Positions 10,564 to 24,302 of a stretch of 64,000 nucleotides of DNA are shown piece by piece. This stretch comes from Phallusia mammillata (lineage: Eukaryota), in assembly GCA_965637545.1 (NCBI GenBank), contig OZ281496.1, positions 21,576,001 through 21,640,000 of the forward strand, read 5' to 3'. Position numbers and translations under genes: made by a program. Each line of letters opens with the position of its first letter. Position 1 is the first letter of the stretch. The notes below the pieces were generated by a model, which saw only the letters and a program-made list of their open reading frames with translations, made no database searches and was not told the origin of the DNA.

Positions 10564-13500
10564 ATGGCCTCGACCGAAGCATTGGTTGGTGTCCTACCAA
10601 ATTTTTCGTCAGTTTTTAGTATTTTTAACCTGGTGTTCGTGCTGATTACTTTTCTGTACGTTGTTTGGTGGCGCAGACCCAATGGAAAATTCCCCCCTGG
10701 TCCCAGGGGCGTTCCAGTGTTGGGCGTTGTCCCGTTTTTAGGGAAATGCCCAACAAAGACAATGAAGCGTTGGAGTGAAGAGAAGTATGGAGATGTGATG
10801 TCGATTAAGATCGGTTTTCAAAACGTTGTGGTATTAAATACATACGAAGCTGTTAGCCAGGTCAGTTTAAGCACAACACTGTGATTTCTAACGATATTTT
10901 AGTGATGCTAGGTTAGACATTTGTACACAATGGACAAGGTTTGAAAATCGGTGGCTTGTGTTTTTAAAAGGATCAGACCCCAATTATAGAGATCAGTGTA
11001 CATTTGAAAAGACTTTTTATTATCTTCTCAAAAAATAGCTAATATATTTTTGTCAAAATATCATTGTAGTCTGTTAACCCACATTTTACAGTCGTTGTGA
11101 CTATAAACACACTACTTTAAAAGTGAAAAAACACGATAATTGTCACACAATAGTCTCTTCGGGCAATGGTGATAAGAACAAGCTGTGGGTCATTGGTATG
11201 TGTTAAAATTTGATCCTAATTTGCCGATGACAGTATTAAGAAAAAAACATAGCAATCATTTATTTCACTGTTTTTGTTAACATGCTAATGGGATTTTAGG
11301 TGTAAAACGGTGTTTCAGCAGCTTTGTGTATGTTTTGCAGGCACTTGTCAAACAGGGAGCCACGTTTTCCGATCGCCCTCGTCGACCTTTGTTGTCAAAA
11401 CTGACTGGTAATGACGGAATTGTGTCGATGCCATATGGAGACGACTTTAAGGCACAAAAGCATTTCGGTCTAAAGTTTCTTAGAGAGTATGTCAAGTCGT
11501 GTTGTGAGCCATAGTTTTAACCAGTGACAATCAAACTGTAGGCCAAAGAAAAAAAAGTGCACCCCGAGAGATTTCCAAGTGCACCGCGAAAGTTTCTCTA
11601 TTTTAATATTTAAGACTTATTTTTTATATATTTAATGCATGACAACGTAATTGAGGTCATGTATTTCTTGTTTGCCATAAAAAGCAATTTCATCCACCAT
11701 AATAAAGTTACAAATTGACTATTTTTAACAACTTTTGTGCTGTTGACCTTGCAAAGTGTGTCGTGGAACAAAAATTGTGTTTGTTAGTGCGATGCATTCT
11801 TGAAAAGTTCTATTGATTTAAACAGTTCTGAAAACGTTTATAATCTGTAGACTTTTCAAATGATTTTATTAAACACCTGCCCGATACCAACTTCAAAAAT
11901 GGAGAATTTTAGATATGTTGAGCGTGGAACTGAACGCAGAATGTCGCACACATTTAGTTATCCACCACCTGTGTCGTGTCACTAACCTTTCCGACGAGTT
12001 GCTTGATTTGAAGTAGAATCAAATAATGTCAAATAAACTAGTTTCTAAACGTAGAAAAGGAATGGGAAGAAAACAGATGGAAGACTTAATAAACGCTGAA
12101 GGCGATCAGTTTGTGGAATTTTTGCGGTCATTTGGAAACACACCAGTCAATATGAAGGTAAATTTGCCATTATTGTGTCAACTGAAAGATTTTTTTTGTA
12201 ACGTACATACAAGGCCGTATTAGAGTGTTTACCGGATCTTTTTCTACAACAGAAATATCTGTACTGGCTGACGAGCAATGTTATATCCCAGACGGCACTC
12301 GGTAAACGATTCGAGTACGGAGACCCAGAGTTTGTCGATATGCTTGAAACCATGAGCCTGCTGTGAGCTTTTTGAAAATACGTTGACTTGACATAAATTA
12401 GCAGTTTGAAACTTGGGGTAACGGTGAATCACAGGGTGCAATCTCAAGGGTTTTTCTAGCTTAACTTATTTTTGAGGAATAGATACTTGGTGGTCAAAAA
12501 TATACTTATCCTCTTTGTCACTTTTAGGCGGTTTAAGTGGTTTAATTTTTAGGTTTAAGAGTTTAAATTTTAAGTGTTAATTTTTGTATGTGGCCAATAA
12601 CATTTGTTTCAAGTTTGTGGAGCTCTTCTGGCAAATAAAGAGCTCTACAAACTTGATATTATGCCTGGCAGCAATAGCTTATGTAAACATTTTTTTTCAC
12701 TGCGGTCTAAAAAGTGCAATCTTCAAACGATTCTGTGTTCCTTCAAATAGCTTTGGAGATTCAAAAGATGGCAACAAACTGGGAATTTTGAACCTTTTCG
12801 AATACCTTGCGTATGTTCCTCCTTTCGCTGCCGCTTTGGAAAGATTAAGAAAAAGAACGAAAAAAATTTTAGGTGAATTTGCAAAACATAATTTGTTAAA
12901 CCCCGTATTTTGAAAAGTTCTTAAATTTGCACAGCAACGATGCAATCCTACATAGACGATCACAAGGCAAAGTTTAATCCCAACCATCTCGTGGATTTCA
13001 TAGATGCTTACATATTTGAGCAAAGGCTCGGAAAAGCTAAAACTAAATCTGCATTTACGGTGAGAAACTTTAGTTAATTTACGTTAGGCAACCACAAGAA
13101 ACATGTGCCGTTTATCTTGATTGTATGTTGAAAAATGAAAGTAGAAATAAAACAAGAACAAAAAAGCTTTAACAAACAAACCATAGGGGTCAACATTTTA
13201 GGACCTCCGTTTAGCTTCATTTGGAGTTGATAACTTAGCAACACCAGAAAAAATGACAAAGTTGCCTGTTTTGCATCAGTTGAACATGTGTTGAAACTAT
13301 AAGCAAAGTTATCAAAAGGCTTGCGTTTTAGGATAATCAGATGAAAGTTTATACACGGGATATGTTCGTTGCTGGCTCGGAAACTAGCAGCTCCACTCTA
13401 AGCTGGTTACTTGTGTTTTGCCTTGATAACCCGGAATACTACAAAATCATTGAGAAAGAAATAGAAGACGTTTTCGGTACGCTGGTTCGAAGCTAGATTT

Positions 13501-14271
13501 TTTTCAGTTTAAGTAAAATACTGATTTTTTATCTGCACCAAAAATAACGTGCCACGAGGTGTAGCAAAACGACAGTTTTTGCAAATGTTACAGGTTTCAG
13601 CGGAAATCCGACAATGTCAAAACGGGAAGACTTGCCTTTCACTTGCGCTTTCATCCAAGAAGCAATGCGAGTCAAGACCCTTGCGCCCACTGCAGCTCAG
13701 CATAGCACATCTGAAACTTCTGAGCTTATGGGTTATATTATTCCAAAGGGAACAACGGTAAATTACATGAGCTTAAAAATGCGACTAAAGAGAAGCGCAC
13801 ATATTTAATTATACAACTAAGGCAGTTGAGTTTCAATCTCACAATGTTTAAACGCGTTTGCATTACCTTGGACTATTTAGCTTTTGTAAATAAACGCAAT
13901 GTCAAATATCTTTTTAGCTACGACCACACCACATGTTTAGGCAAAATTTTCATTAGATAATTCCAAATTTGGAAGGAGTACATATGGATGCAAAGACCTG
14001 GCCCAACCCAGAAGTGTTCAACCCACGAAGACACATAAACGAAAACGGAAAGTTTGTGGCCTCAAACAAAATTATTCCTTTTGGAATCGGGGCACGGTTT
14101 TGTCTTGGCGAAAGTTTGGCTCGGGTTGAAATTTTTGTTTTCTTCGTAAAAATTCTCCAGAAATTCAAAATTCGTCCAGCCAATGCTCAACATCCGTCAG
14201 CAGATCACGAAATTCGTTCATTTGTTACATCCCCAAAAGAGTGTCTTCTTAGTTTAATATATCGTTCTTAA
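10564..14271 (+). CDS. Cytochrome P450 copy C, intact, ~508 aa
   Basis: Exons 10564-10860, 11341-11486, 12055-12157, 12253-12362, 12751-12872, 12935-13059, 13332-13476, 13594-13757, 13957-14271 (1527 nt, in frame). PPGPRG, AGSETSS, EAMR, FGIGARFCLG. Confidence 0.93.
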
Positions 14272-15901
14272 AACCACGGCATTTCAATTTTGAGCAAGTT
14301 CTAAATTTATCCTGCTCAATAATATTTAGCTTCTTTAATTTGCATCATGTATTACATTTTTGCATTGTAATTTCGTTTTTTTCCGGATCTTACGTCGTTC
14401 AAATGTACTTAACAATAAAAATGAGAATAATTGACTAAACAAGTTGGGATCTTGCCATCTTTTGGAGACCGAAGAAAACCAAAAACAGAGGTAATGATAG
14501 ACTTCGGTGACCAAGCGTATCATGTCAATAATTAAAAGCTTCTCTGCATTTCTACAGCAGAGCAGTTTGTGAAGTACACAACTATGAGGTAAATAAAAAT
14601 AAAGATATCTGCCTACTTATGAGTAATAAATAGCTGCTTTGCTGCTGCAAATTGGTAAACGCATCTATAAAAGACTTGCCATTGCGTGACTTGCCGCAAG
14701 CAAAACGAATGCATTTTACTGAATACAATAAGAAATCTGTTTAAATTATGGTTGAACCATATACGGTCCTCAATTCAAAACTTCACAGGAAATGCATACA
14801 AGTATTGGCATCTCATTTTCTATATGATTAGTTTCTGACCTAAAATAACTTGTATGGTCGTAGGTTTCAGGTATTTTTGTTACAAGCCAAGTGTACGAAC
14901 AAGTCGAGCAGCACGCAATTGTTGTTTAGTGGAGGCGTTGTAGAAGCATAAACATGCTGTATAATGCGGCCGGCAACAATGAATTTTAGCCTCATTGCAT
15001 GCATGCAGATAGTGGTTATCTAATTGCATGTACATGATGTCCTGAACTAATTTTTACTCAGTTTGGCAAAGACAAAAAAAAACAATTAAACGAACAAGTT
15101 TAGTTTTTTCGAATTTAAACACCTAAATACGACAACAACAAATAAATTTGATTGCAGCACATCGGCTTGGTATAAGTTCTAATGGCGCAAAATTATTTGA
15201 TGAGCTTTCAACAAAGAGGTGATGCTTCACACAAAACAGATCTGTTTTTGAACAAACTATACGTTTGTACAGCACAAACTTTTATTTTAATCGTGGTTCC
15301 AAATTTACTTTAAAATCAACAGGCGAGACTGAGATTGAAATTATTTCTTCATTGATGCTAGGAATGGGGTGTACAGCAGGGCGAATGCGAAATTTCTGAA
15401 GCATTTTGACAAAGAATAAAAACAGTTCAGCCCTGGCTAAACTTTCCCCAAGACAAAAACGGGCTCCAATAGAGAATGGGATTATTTTGTTGGAAAGAAC
15501 AAATTTCCCGTTTTCATCAATGTGTCGCCGTGGATTAAAAACTTTTGGATTAGGCCAGTCTTTAGGATCCATATTAGCTCCGTACAGATTGGGTATAACC
15601 TATATATAGACCACGTTAAAATAACCACAATTCTTTGCAACCTTCGTCTTCATACATATACATGGTCTAGGTGATTCGTTAGCGTGAAAGGTTTTAAATC
15701 GATGTTTTTGGACAAGGCATGTGTAGGTGAAACCCGTTTGAGGTAACGTTTAAGATTTAAGTTTGTATTGAGATGTTTGAACCGTATCGAAAAAAGGCAG
15801 CTTTTGGGGGAAAATAGACTTAATAGTTCTAGGGGAGTGGACATCGCCATGATCTAAAAGATTTGTGGGCTAATTATCGAAGCTTACTTAATAGTTCCGT
15901 A

Positions 15902-16102
15902 CAGTGGTGGGATTCAAATTTTTTGTCAGTCGGTTCTATCACAAAAATCATGTTTTCCAGCCGGTTCTCAAAACTCGGTGTATAAGACAAGATGCAAAAA
16001 TTCATTGACAGCAACCAGTAATGCTAACCGGTTCGCTGATCTCATAAAATTTTGTGAAACGGTTCTATAGAACCGGTAAGAATCGGCTGAATCCCACCAC
16101 TG
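15902..16102. mobile_element. hAT-like MITE in intron 8 of CYP D
   Basis: Perfect 15-bp TIR CAGTGGTGGGATTCA and perfect 8-bp TSD gttccgta. The matching site in copy E (~21378-21385) is empty. Confidence 0.92.
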
Positions 16103-17690
16103 GTTCCGTACACTTACAACAGTGCCCTTGGGTATCACGCGACCCATTAGTTTTGTGTCATTGGAAGTAAGATGTTGGACAGCTAGTGGGGCGTTCGTTT
16201 TGGTTCTCATTGTTTCCTGGATAAACGCACATGTCATGGGAAGGTCCTCTTTTTTGGACAGGGTAGGAATACCCTCAGAACCTAAGTAAAATTTGCTATG
16301 TAGGTCTGATTTTATATTAAATACAACAAGGTTTATGATAAACTAGTCAGGTACGAATTGGGGGTTATTCAATACTAGTTTAAAGGCAAGTAGATAAAGG
16401 CAATAATCATTTTGTAGACAAAGTGCTTTTTCTGTCAATAAAGTTATTTTTTTACCAACGCAATTACACTTTGCTGTACCTTCCTCATTATCTTACCAAA
16501 AGCTTCATCAATCTCTTTGACTATAATTTTTTCGTACTCAGGATAGTTCAACAAATGTAAGATCAACCAAGAAAGAGTAGTGCTACTGGTTTCTGATCCA
16601 GCCACAAACAAATCCCGACAAAATGCCCTGAGTTGTGTATCCTAAACAAACATAAACATTTTGAAATGAACGATGTTATGCATTTTAAAAAAAAAGGTGA
16701 TTCTTGAATTACTATAATACAGAATACATACTTAAATAACACCATATATAAACAAAAACAAAACAACACCATCCACAACAATAGAAAGCTCACAGCACTC
16801 TCCTATTTGCCAACTAATTTTATGGGGACATAAGAGAAGGGTAGTATTTTACCGAGTAGTCAAGGTCTGTACGTTTTCCGAACTTTCTTTCGTACAAAAA
16901 GACATCGATGAGATCGTCGATATTGTTCGGGTCAAATTTTTTCTTGTGGTCGTCAATATTATCTTGCATTTTGTCTGTGATATATCATTGACAAAAGTCA
17001 TAATGGTTTAAGTTCATAAAAAAACATTAAGTCATTCGTCCTTAAGATTTAAAAATAAGTTTTATATCTTTCGCCTTAACAGCATCATTTCTATCTGTAA
17101 GCAAACATAACACACAGTATCGGTAAAACTGTACGCATAAAACAACCGTAGGAGCTAAGTACAAGTATTGACCTAACTCAGAATTTGAAACTACACTTTG
17201 TTGAAATTGTACACTTTTATGCATTAAACATCAGAGGTCTGTTACCCAGCACAAATTGCATTCGGCTTTCAAACCGTTTCATAGTTGTTGCAAAAGGTGG
17301 AACATTTGCAAGAAAACCGAATAGGTTTACCAATGCCATGTTTGTCGCATCTCTTGGATCTGTGAACCTATTTAGACATCATTGTATAATAGAATAGATG
17401 TTTGTGGATGTTTAAAGCAAATATAACTTGCATCATTCGCATGACATCAAGAAGCTCAATGAAATCATTGTCGCCGTAATCATGTCGTTTTCCCAAAGTA
17501 GTTTGAGATATCACGTTGCCAGTCAGCGAATAAAAATAGGTCTAAAAGTAACACAACACAATTTTGTTTATTTTTATCATACACTTTGCGTTTAAAATCA
17601 ATGTATACTGTTAAGCATTATTTGTGACATCTTCATTGTGTAAATATTTAGCTGTGACAAATTATCTCTTCATGTCCTATTTGGCGATTG

Positions 17691-18039
17691 CAGAGTTGTA
17701 AGTCGGGCCGGGTTCGGGGTCGGGCCGGGTAGTGTTTTTTTTTTTGAATAAATTTAACTAGCCAAGTAGCCGATTGCTGGACCTGACCTAATGCCAAACA
17801 GCCTTGAAACGTTCAAGACAAGTTGTCTATTGTGTTGTCGTTCAAGACAAGTTGTCCTTGTTCAAGACAAGTTGTCTATTGTGTTTGTTGTCTTGGTCTT
17901 TTCTGAGGCTTCAAGTATAAGCCTATCAATAAAACTTTCGGGCCTAAACGAGCTTCTCAAAAACGAATCGGGTTCGGGTCGAGTTTCGTGCTTGTACTTT
18001 TGGGTTCGGGCTCCAATTTCAGGCCCGTTTACAACTCTA
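17691..18039. mobile_element. MITE with (C/T)AGAGTTGTAA termini in intron 3 of CYP D
   Basis: TIR cagagttgtaagtcgggcc / tagagttgtaaacgggcc, tcggg-rich subtermini, flanks ggcgattg / ggtgaatg (6/8). Empty site in E (~23022-23030). Internal triple repeat gttcaagacaagttgtc at ~17811-17878. Confidence 0.82.
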
Positions 18040-19131
18040 GGTGAATGTTCATTGCTTACCTTAAGGTCTAATTTTTTACAAGGATCAGTAAAAACTCACA
18101 CAAAAAAGAGAATCGAAAATTGTACAACAAACTTACTCTCTTAAAAACTTGAGCGCGAAGTGTTTTTGTGCTTTAAAAGCGTCTCCATATTTCTTAAGAA
18201 TGATCCCATCGTGCTTAGTCAGTCTACAAAACAGTTCAACCCAAGGTCGGTCCGAAAATGCAGCGCTTTGCTTCACTAAAGCCTAAAACAAATTTAAACG
18301 CATTTTGTCACATTCAGTAACCAAATAGAAAGGATAGCAGCAAACTACATATTACTGTAGAAGTAGAGAAAATTATAAGGGCATTTTCTATTTAAAAATG
18401 ATTAGCAAACCTTGCAAATTGCTCGTAGCCTACTGTTGGAAACAAACTACACAATTTTTTTTACCTGGTTGATAGCATCAAAAGTATTAAGAAAAATTAT
18501 GTCGTCTCTGCCAAACCGCGCCGACATAACAGGGCCATATTTCTCAACACTCCACTTTTTTAAATCTACGCCAGGTGATGGTCCAAAATACGGAACCACT
18601 CCAAGAAGGGGGATGCCTCTGGGACCTGGGGGAAACTTTGCGTGCGGTCGACGCCACCAGAAGAAGTATAGAAGAATGGCTGCTAAACCAAGGAGATTCC
18701 AAAAGCTAAACATGGCTGAAATTTGAGGCACATAGCTGAAAAGAGTCTGACTCAACATCATATGCTTTTTACAGAAACACCAATCTGCAATCACAAATAA
18801 TAGTGCTATCGTTACCTGGTGGTCGTATTTTAGTAGGCAATACTTCCAACCAACACTAAATAACAGTGCATATAATGGTGCTTCTTAACCTATCGTTGGT
18901 TTTTGCAACCAGAAAACTACTTTTTCGCAAAATTAATGACCAAAAACTGCATACACCGATGAAACATCATTAACAGTTTAGTTCTTAGGTGCGTCTCTAA
19001 GACTGACCAGTCTCTAAGACAATTAACAAGTACAGTGCTGATAAAATATAGCATGCTTACGTGGGGTAGTTCATAGTTTCTTTCCTTTTGTGTAACATGT
19101 TTTGAACAAATATTAACGCAAGATGTGCTGT

Positions 19132-20310
19132 GCTAAACACAACGGTATCGTGTTCTGGGTTATGTAAATATCGGTTTCGTGTTTCGGAAGTCTGGAGCAG
19201 CATTTAAAGCGCAGAAACATTTTGCCGTAAGTACCTTAGAGCAGGGGTTTTGCACTTCGGACCGGTTTGAAACTAAAATTTTATATCACGGACCGGCCTT
19301 TAAAACCCACAAATAATCAGTACTGAAAACTAATGACAATTATTGCAACTTTGATTCAAAGTGAACTTTGAGCAAATGTTATGCGGCCCGGTAACAAACT
19401 CCTCACAGACCGATACCGGGCCGGGGACCAGTGTTTGCCGACCACTGCCTTAGAGAGTGAGTATTGGTGGTCTGCAACCTTTTCTTACACTTTGTGTGCA
19501 TGAAGCTTTACTACTTCGAATTTACGAAGAAGGGAACTAATCTTTCTGTTGAATGCATCTTAATTAGGTGTATGTGCTGTGTTTGTGTCTCTTGCACACA
19601 AAGCGATATTATTTTCGATAATAATTACATCATCACATTAAGAACTAATTTTGCTGTCATTTGTGTACTTTGGTTAAGGGGGAATAGTTATACCTGTTTA
19701 AAACAAAATCGCCTGATTTGAACGTTTTCGCACTTCCACCATCTTGCGTGCTATGTTTGCATCGTCAAGCTGCAATTTGCAGTCTAATCAACCTGGTAGG
19801 TTTGACGATTGGCCGCCAAATGAAATCTTGTGATAAACATTTTAGCTGCAAAAGTGTTCGAAGTTAGTCAAGATGACAAAAATTTCTAAATTTGTTTGCT
19901 TTGAACACCGCTGACTGAACTTTAAACATTGACACGCACTGGCAAAAACGGGTCGGGTCATGTTTGCAGACAATTTTAAACGAAGCTAAATAAGTGCAAC
20001 CAAATAAACTTAAAAAAATAGTTAGTGGTCCATCAGTGAGATGGCAAAAAAAGGATCCCTAAAAAGCAAAAGATGAAAAGTGTTTTAAAGTTCTAAAAGA
20101 AAATAATCGTACATAGGGAGTTGATAAGATTCAAAAAATGGTCCTGTACTACCAATTATGTTGCAAACTTCGTAACAGACCCTATGGTTTTGATCGCCGT
20201 TTCTGCAAGCGTGCACTTTAAAAAGGGCTTCCTTCGTGCGTCTGGTTGGTTTTGTTTTTGATTTTTATATGAAAAGAGTCCGAGTCAGTTGCGACGTTTT
20301 GGAGATTTAA
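19132..20310 (+). pseudogene. Degenerate fragment of CYP F (3-prime half of exon 2, intron 2, part of intron 3; exon 3 deleted)
   Basis: Colinear with 25868-27080 (gtttcggaag...tttaaagcgcagaaacattttgcc...agagagt; gatcgccgtttctgcaagcgtgcactttaaaaa). About 270 nt including exon 3 is missing at gcagtct|aatcaacct (~19785). Confidence 0.85.
19242..19447. mobile_element. hAT-like MITE inserted in the dead exon 2 of the F-like fragment
   Basis: Perfect 8-bp TSD ccttagag, termini caggggtt ... gtttgccgaccactg, same family as 2758-3426. Confidence 0.88.
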
Positions 20311-20805
20311 GAAAACCCCGAAGTTTAATAATGTACTTCTGTAACAAAGCATACCATGTTAATGAAAACGTTAAGTAACTCAGCTTTTTCTACAGCGGCG
20401 CACCTTGTAAACTCATAAAGTTTTCCATTACAGCTAAACAAAAGTAAACATGTGTGACTACATTTGAATAATAAATGGCTGCTGCTATAAGGTAAACGTA
20501 TAGAGTCGTGAATTTTGGTCTCATTCTATGCAGATCGAGGTTTTGTAACTGCATGAACATGATGTCCTAAACTAATTTTTACTCCATTTGGCAAAGACAA
20601 AAACATTTAAACGAACAAGATTATTTTTTTCGAATTAAAACACCTAAAAACGACAAGAACAAACAAATTTGGTTGCAGCACATCGACTTGTCACAAGTTC
20701 CAATGGTGCAAAATTATTTGGTGAAATTTCAAAAAAGGGTGATTCTTCAGACAAAACAGATCTCTTTTGACCAAATTATATGTCTGTACAGCACAAACTA
20801 TTATT

Positions 20806-23800
20806 TTAATTTCGTGATTCCAATGTGACTTTAAAATCAACAGGTGAGACCACGACTGATATAACTTCTTCACTGATACTGGGAATAGGATCTACAGCAG
20901 GACGAATGCGAAATTTCTGAAGCATTTTGACAAAGAACACAAACAGTTCAGCCCTGGCTAAACTTTCCCCGAGACAAAAACGAGCTCCGACTGAGAATGG
21001 AATTATTTTGTTGGAAAGAACAAATTTCCCGTTTTCATCAATGTGTCGCCGTGGATTAAAAACTTTTGGATTAGGCCAGTCTTTGGGATCCATATTAGCT
21101 CCGTACAGATTGGGTATAACCTATATATAGACCATGTTAAAACAACTTGGCCATAATTCTTTGAATCCTTCGTCTTCATACATATACATATGGTCTTGGT
21201 AATTTGTTAGCGTGGAAGGTGTTTAGGTTGATGTTTTAGGACAGGGCATGTGTAAATGAAACCCTTGAGGTAACGTTTTAGATTTAGTGGCAAGTTTGTA
21301 TTGTGATGTTTGAACCGTATCGAAAAAGGGGGCAGCTTGGAGGGTTTGTTGGCTAATTCTCTAATCTTAATTAATACTTCCGCACACTTACAGTAGCGCC
21401 CTTAGGTATCACGTGACCCATTAGTTGTGTGTCATTGGAAGCAAGGTGAAGAACAGCTAGTGGGGCGAGTGTTTTGGTTCTCATTGTTTCCTGGATAAAC
21501 GCACAAGTCATGGGAAGGTCCTCTTTTTTGGACTGGGTAGGAAGACCCTCAGAACCTAAGAAACATATTAAATGTGTTTCTAAAAATGTGATCTGAAGGT
21601 CAAATTTATGACGGATACAACTAGGTTTAAGATAAACTAGTCAGGTATGCAATGAGGGGTATTTGAAACATAAACGTAACATATCCATACGCACACCAAA
21701 TCAATGTATATAAGATGAGTTCCACTAAACTAGTTCTTTGAGAACAACCGTTTTGTATGTAAAGATTTGATTTGTCAACAAAGCTGTTTTTGTTACCAAC
21801 GCAATTACACATATTTTTTATTGTCTTACCAAATGCCTCATCGATCTCTTTGACTATAATTTTTTCGTACTCAGGATAGTTCAACAAATGCAAGATCAAC
21901 CAAGAAAGAGTAGTGCTACTGGTTTCTGATCCAGCCACGAACAAATCCCGACAAAATGCCCTGAGATGTGTATCCTAAACAAAACATGAACATTATGAAA
22001 TGAATGATCTCATGCAAAGTTATTAAAAGAGGATTCTTAAATTAGTATTAAATTTGAAGTTGAAACGGTTTGTAGAGCATTCCCTGCCACAACTACCTAC
22101 AAGACATTACCACTTACAACGAAAAAAGCTCACAACACCCTCCTATTTGCCAACTAAGTGTAAGGTGACTTAGAAGATAGTAGGTATTTTACCGAGTAGT
22201 CAAGGTCTGTACGTTTTCCGAACTTTCTTTCGTACAAAAATGCATCGATAAAATCGTCGATATTGTTCGGGTCAAATTTTTTCTTGTGGTCGTCGATATT
22301 ATCTTGCATTTTGTCTGTGATATACCATTGATATAAATCATATTAATTAAAGTTCACAGTAAACATTAAGTTATTCGACCTTTGAGATAACTGTATATAA
22401 TTGTATTTCGCCTTAACAGCATCATCAATATCAGTAAGCAAGCATAACACATCGTATCGGTACAACTCTATGCATAAAACATCCATACGAGCTGGGAAGC
22501 ATTGGCATAAGTCATATTTTGAAACTACACTTTTTTGAAATTGTACACTTTTGTGCATTAAACATCAGAGGTATGTTACCCAGAATAAATTGCATCCGTC
22601 CTTCAAACCGTTTCATAGTTGTTGCAAAAGGTGGAAATTTTGCAAGAAAACCGAATAGGTTTATCAATCCTATGTTTGTCGCATCTCGTGGATCTGTGAA
22701 TCTTTTTAAATACCACTGTATAATGATATGTTTTGTAGAAGATAAAAGCAAATACAACTTACAACATTCGCATAACATCAAGAAGCTCAATGAAATCCTT
22801 GTCGCCGTAATCATGTCGTTTTCCCAAAGCAGTTTGAGATATTACGTTGCCAGTCAGCCAATAAAAATAGGTCTAAACGTAACACAAAGCCATTTTGTTT
22901 ATTTGTATCATAGATTTTGCGTTTGAAATCGATGTCAAAGTGTCAACTGTCAAACTTTACTGGTGGCATCTTTATAGTGTAAATATTTAGCTGTGACAAA
23001 TTATCTCTTCATATTCTGCTTGGCGATTGCTTCCTTGCTTACCTTAAGGTCTACAGGACCACTGCTTTTGGTTTTCAGAAATTCGACAAAACGATCGCCT
23101 TCATCGTTCAAAACATCTTCAATCTGACGCCTTGCAATGCCTTTACTACAGATTGAAACACAGAACTTTGTGAAAAACTCTAAACAATTTATATTGTCAA
23201 GAATTTACAAGGATCAGTAAAAACTCAAAACAAAAATGAGAATCAAAAATTGTACAACACACTTACTCTCTTAAAAACTTGAGCGCGAAGTGTTTTTGTG
23301 CTTTAAAAGCGTCTCCATATTTCATAAGCACGAGCCCATCGTGCTTAGTCAGTCCACAAAACAGTTCAATCCAAGGTCGGTCCGAAAACGAAGCGCTTTG
23401 CTTCACCAAAGCCTAAAACAAATTTAAACGCATTTTTTGTCACATTCAGTAACCAAATACAAGGGATTGGTGTTTTGTGTTTTCGTCAAAAATGTGAAAA
23501 TGTTTTTTTAAGGGGGTATTTCCTGTGCTTTATATTTTCGGTGTCTGTAGGTAAATGAATTTGGAATCTTTCAAAGATGTTGACAAATTCTAAGAAATAA
23601 GTGCCAAACTACATATTACTGCAGAAGTAAGTCCGCTAAAGAAAAATACAAGTAACACTTTTTATTTAAAAATGATCAGCAAACCTTGCAAACTGCTTGT
23701 AGCCTACTGTTGGAAACAAACGGGGTATAACTGTTTTTACCTGGTTGATAGCATCAAAAGTATTTAGAATAACTACTTCGTCTCTCCCGAACCGGGCCGA

Positions 23801-24037
23801 CATAACAGGACCATATTTCTCAACACTCCACTTTTTTAAGTCTACGCCAGGTGATGGTCCGAAATACGGTACCACCCCAAGAAGGGGAACGCCTCTGGGA
23901 CCTGGGGGAAACTTTGCGTGCGGTCGACGCCACCAGAAGAAGTATAGAAGAGTGGCTGCTAAACCAAGGAGATTCCAAAAGCTAAATATGGCTGAAATTT
24001 GAGGCACATAGCTGAAAAGAGTCTGACTCAACATCAT
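20806..24037 (-). CDS. Cytochrome P450 copy E, intact, ~507 aa
   Basis: Exons 24037-23741, 23412-23267, 23145-23043, 22872-22763, 22701-22580, 22314-22193, 21974-21830, 21555-21392, 21120-20806 (1524 nt, in frame). PPGPRG, AGSETSS, ETMR, FSVGARFCLG. Confidence 0.92.
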
Positions 24038-24125
24038 ATGCTTTTTACAGAAACACCAATCTGCAATCACAAAAAATGTACTATTGTTACCTGGTAGTCG
24101 TATTTTAGTAAGCAATACTTCCAAC

Positions 24126-24302
24126 CAGTGGTGGGATTCAGCCGGTTCGCACGGTTCTATAGAACCAACTCACGAATTTTTTTGAGATAAGCGAACCGGT
24201 TAGCATTACTGGTTACTGTCAATGGACTTTTTGTAACAAAACCGGCTAAAAATATGACCTTTTTTATAGATCCGACTGCCAAAAATTTGAATGTCACCAC
24301 TG
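24126..24302. mobile_element. hAT-like MITE just upstream of CYP E exon 1
   Basis: TIR cagtggtgggattca ... tgaatgtcaccactg, perfect 8-bp TSD cttccaac, same family as 15902-16102 in opposite orientation. The matching site upstream of D (~18843-18850) is empty. Confidence 0.9.

Larger units (their letters stand above)
15282..18761 (-). pseudogene. Cytochrome P450 copy D, pseudogene (exon 3 deleted); close paralog of E
   Basis: Exons 18761-18465, 18282-18137, [exon 3 reduced to about 11 nt near 18060-18070], 17541-17432, 17367-17246, 16974-16853, 16641-16497, 16281-16118, 15599-15282. Joining exon 2 (phase 2) to exon 4 (phase 0) shifts the frame. Intron 4 donor is GC. Confidence 0.85.

Noticed and set aside
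14390-14470. Minus-strand DPNLFSQLFSFL resembling CYP exon 5
   Set aside because: About 45 nt of gapped similarity in AT-rich DNA with no splice sites or neighbouring exons; not distinguishable from chance.
17791-18144. 117-aa plus-strand ORF
   Set aside because: Lies over the MITE and its internal tandem repeat; no coding signature.
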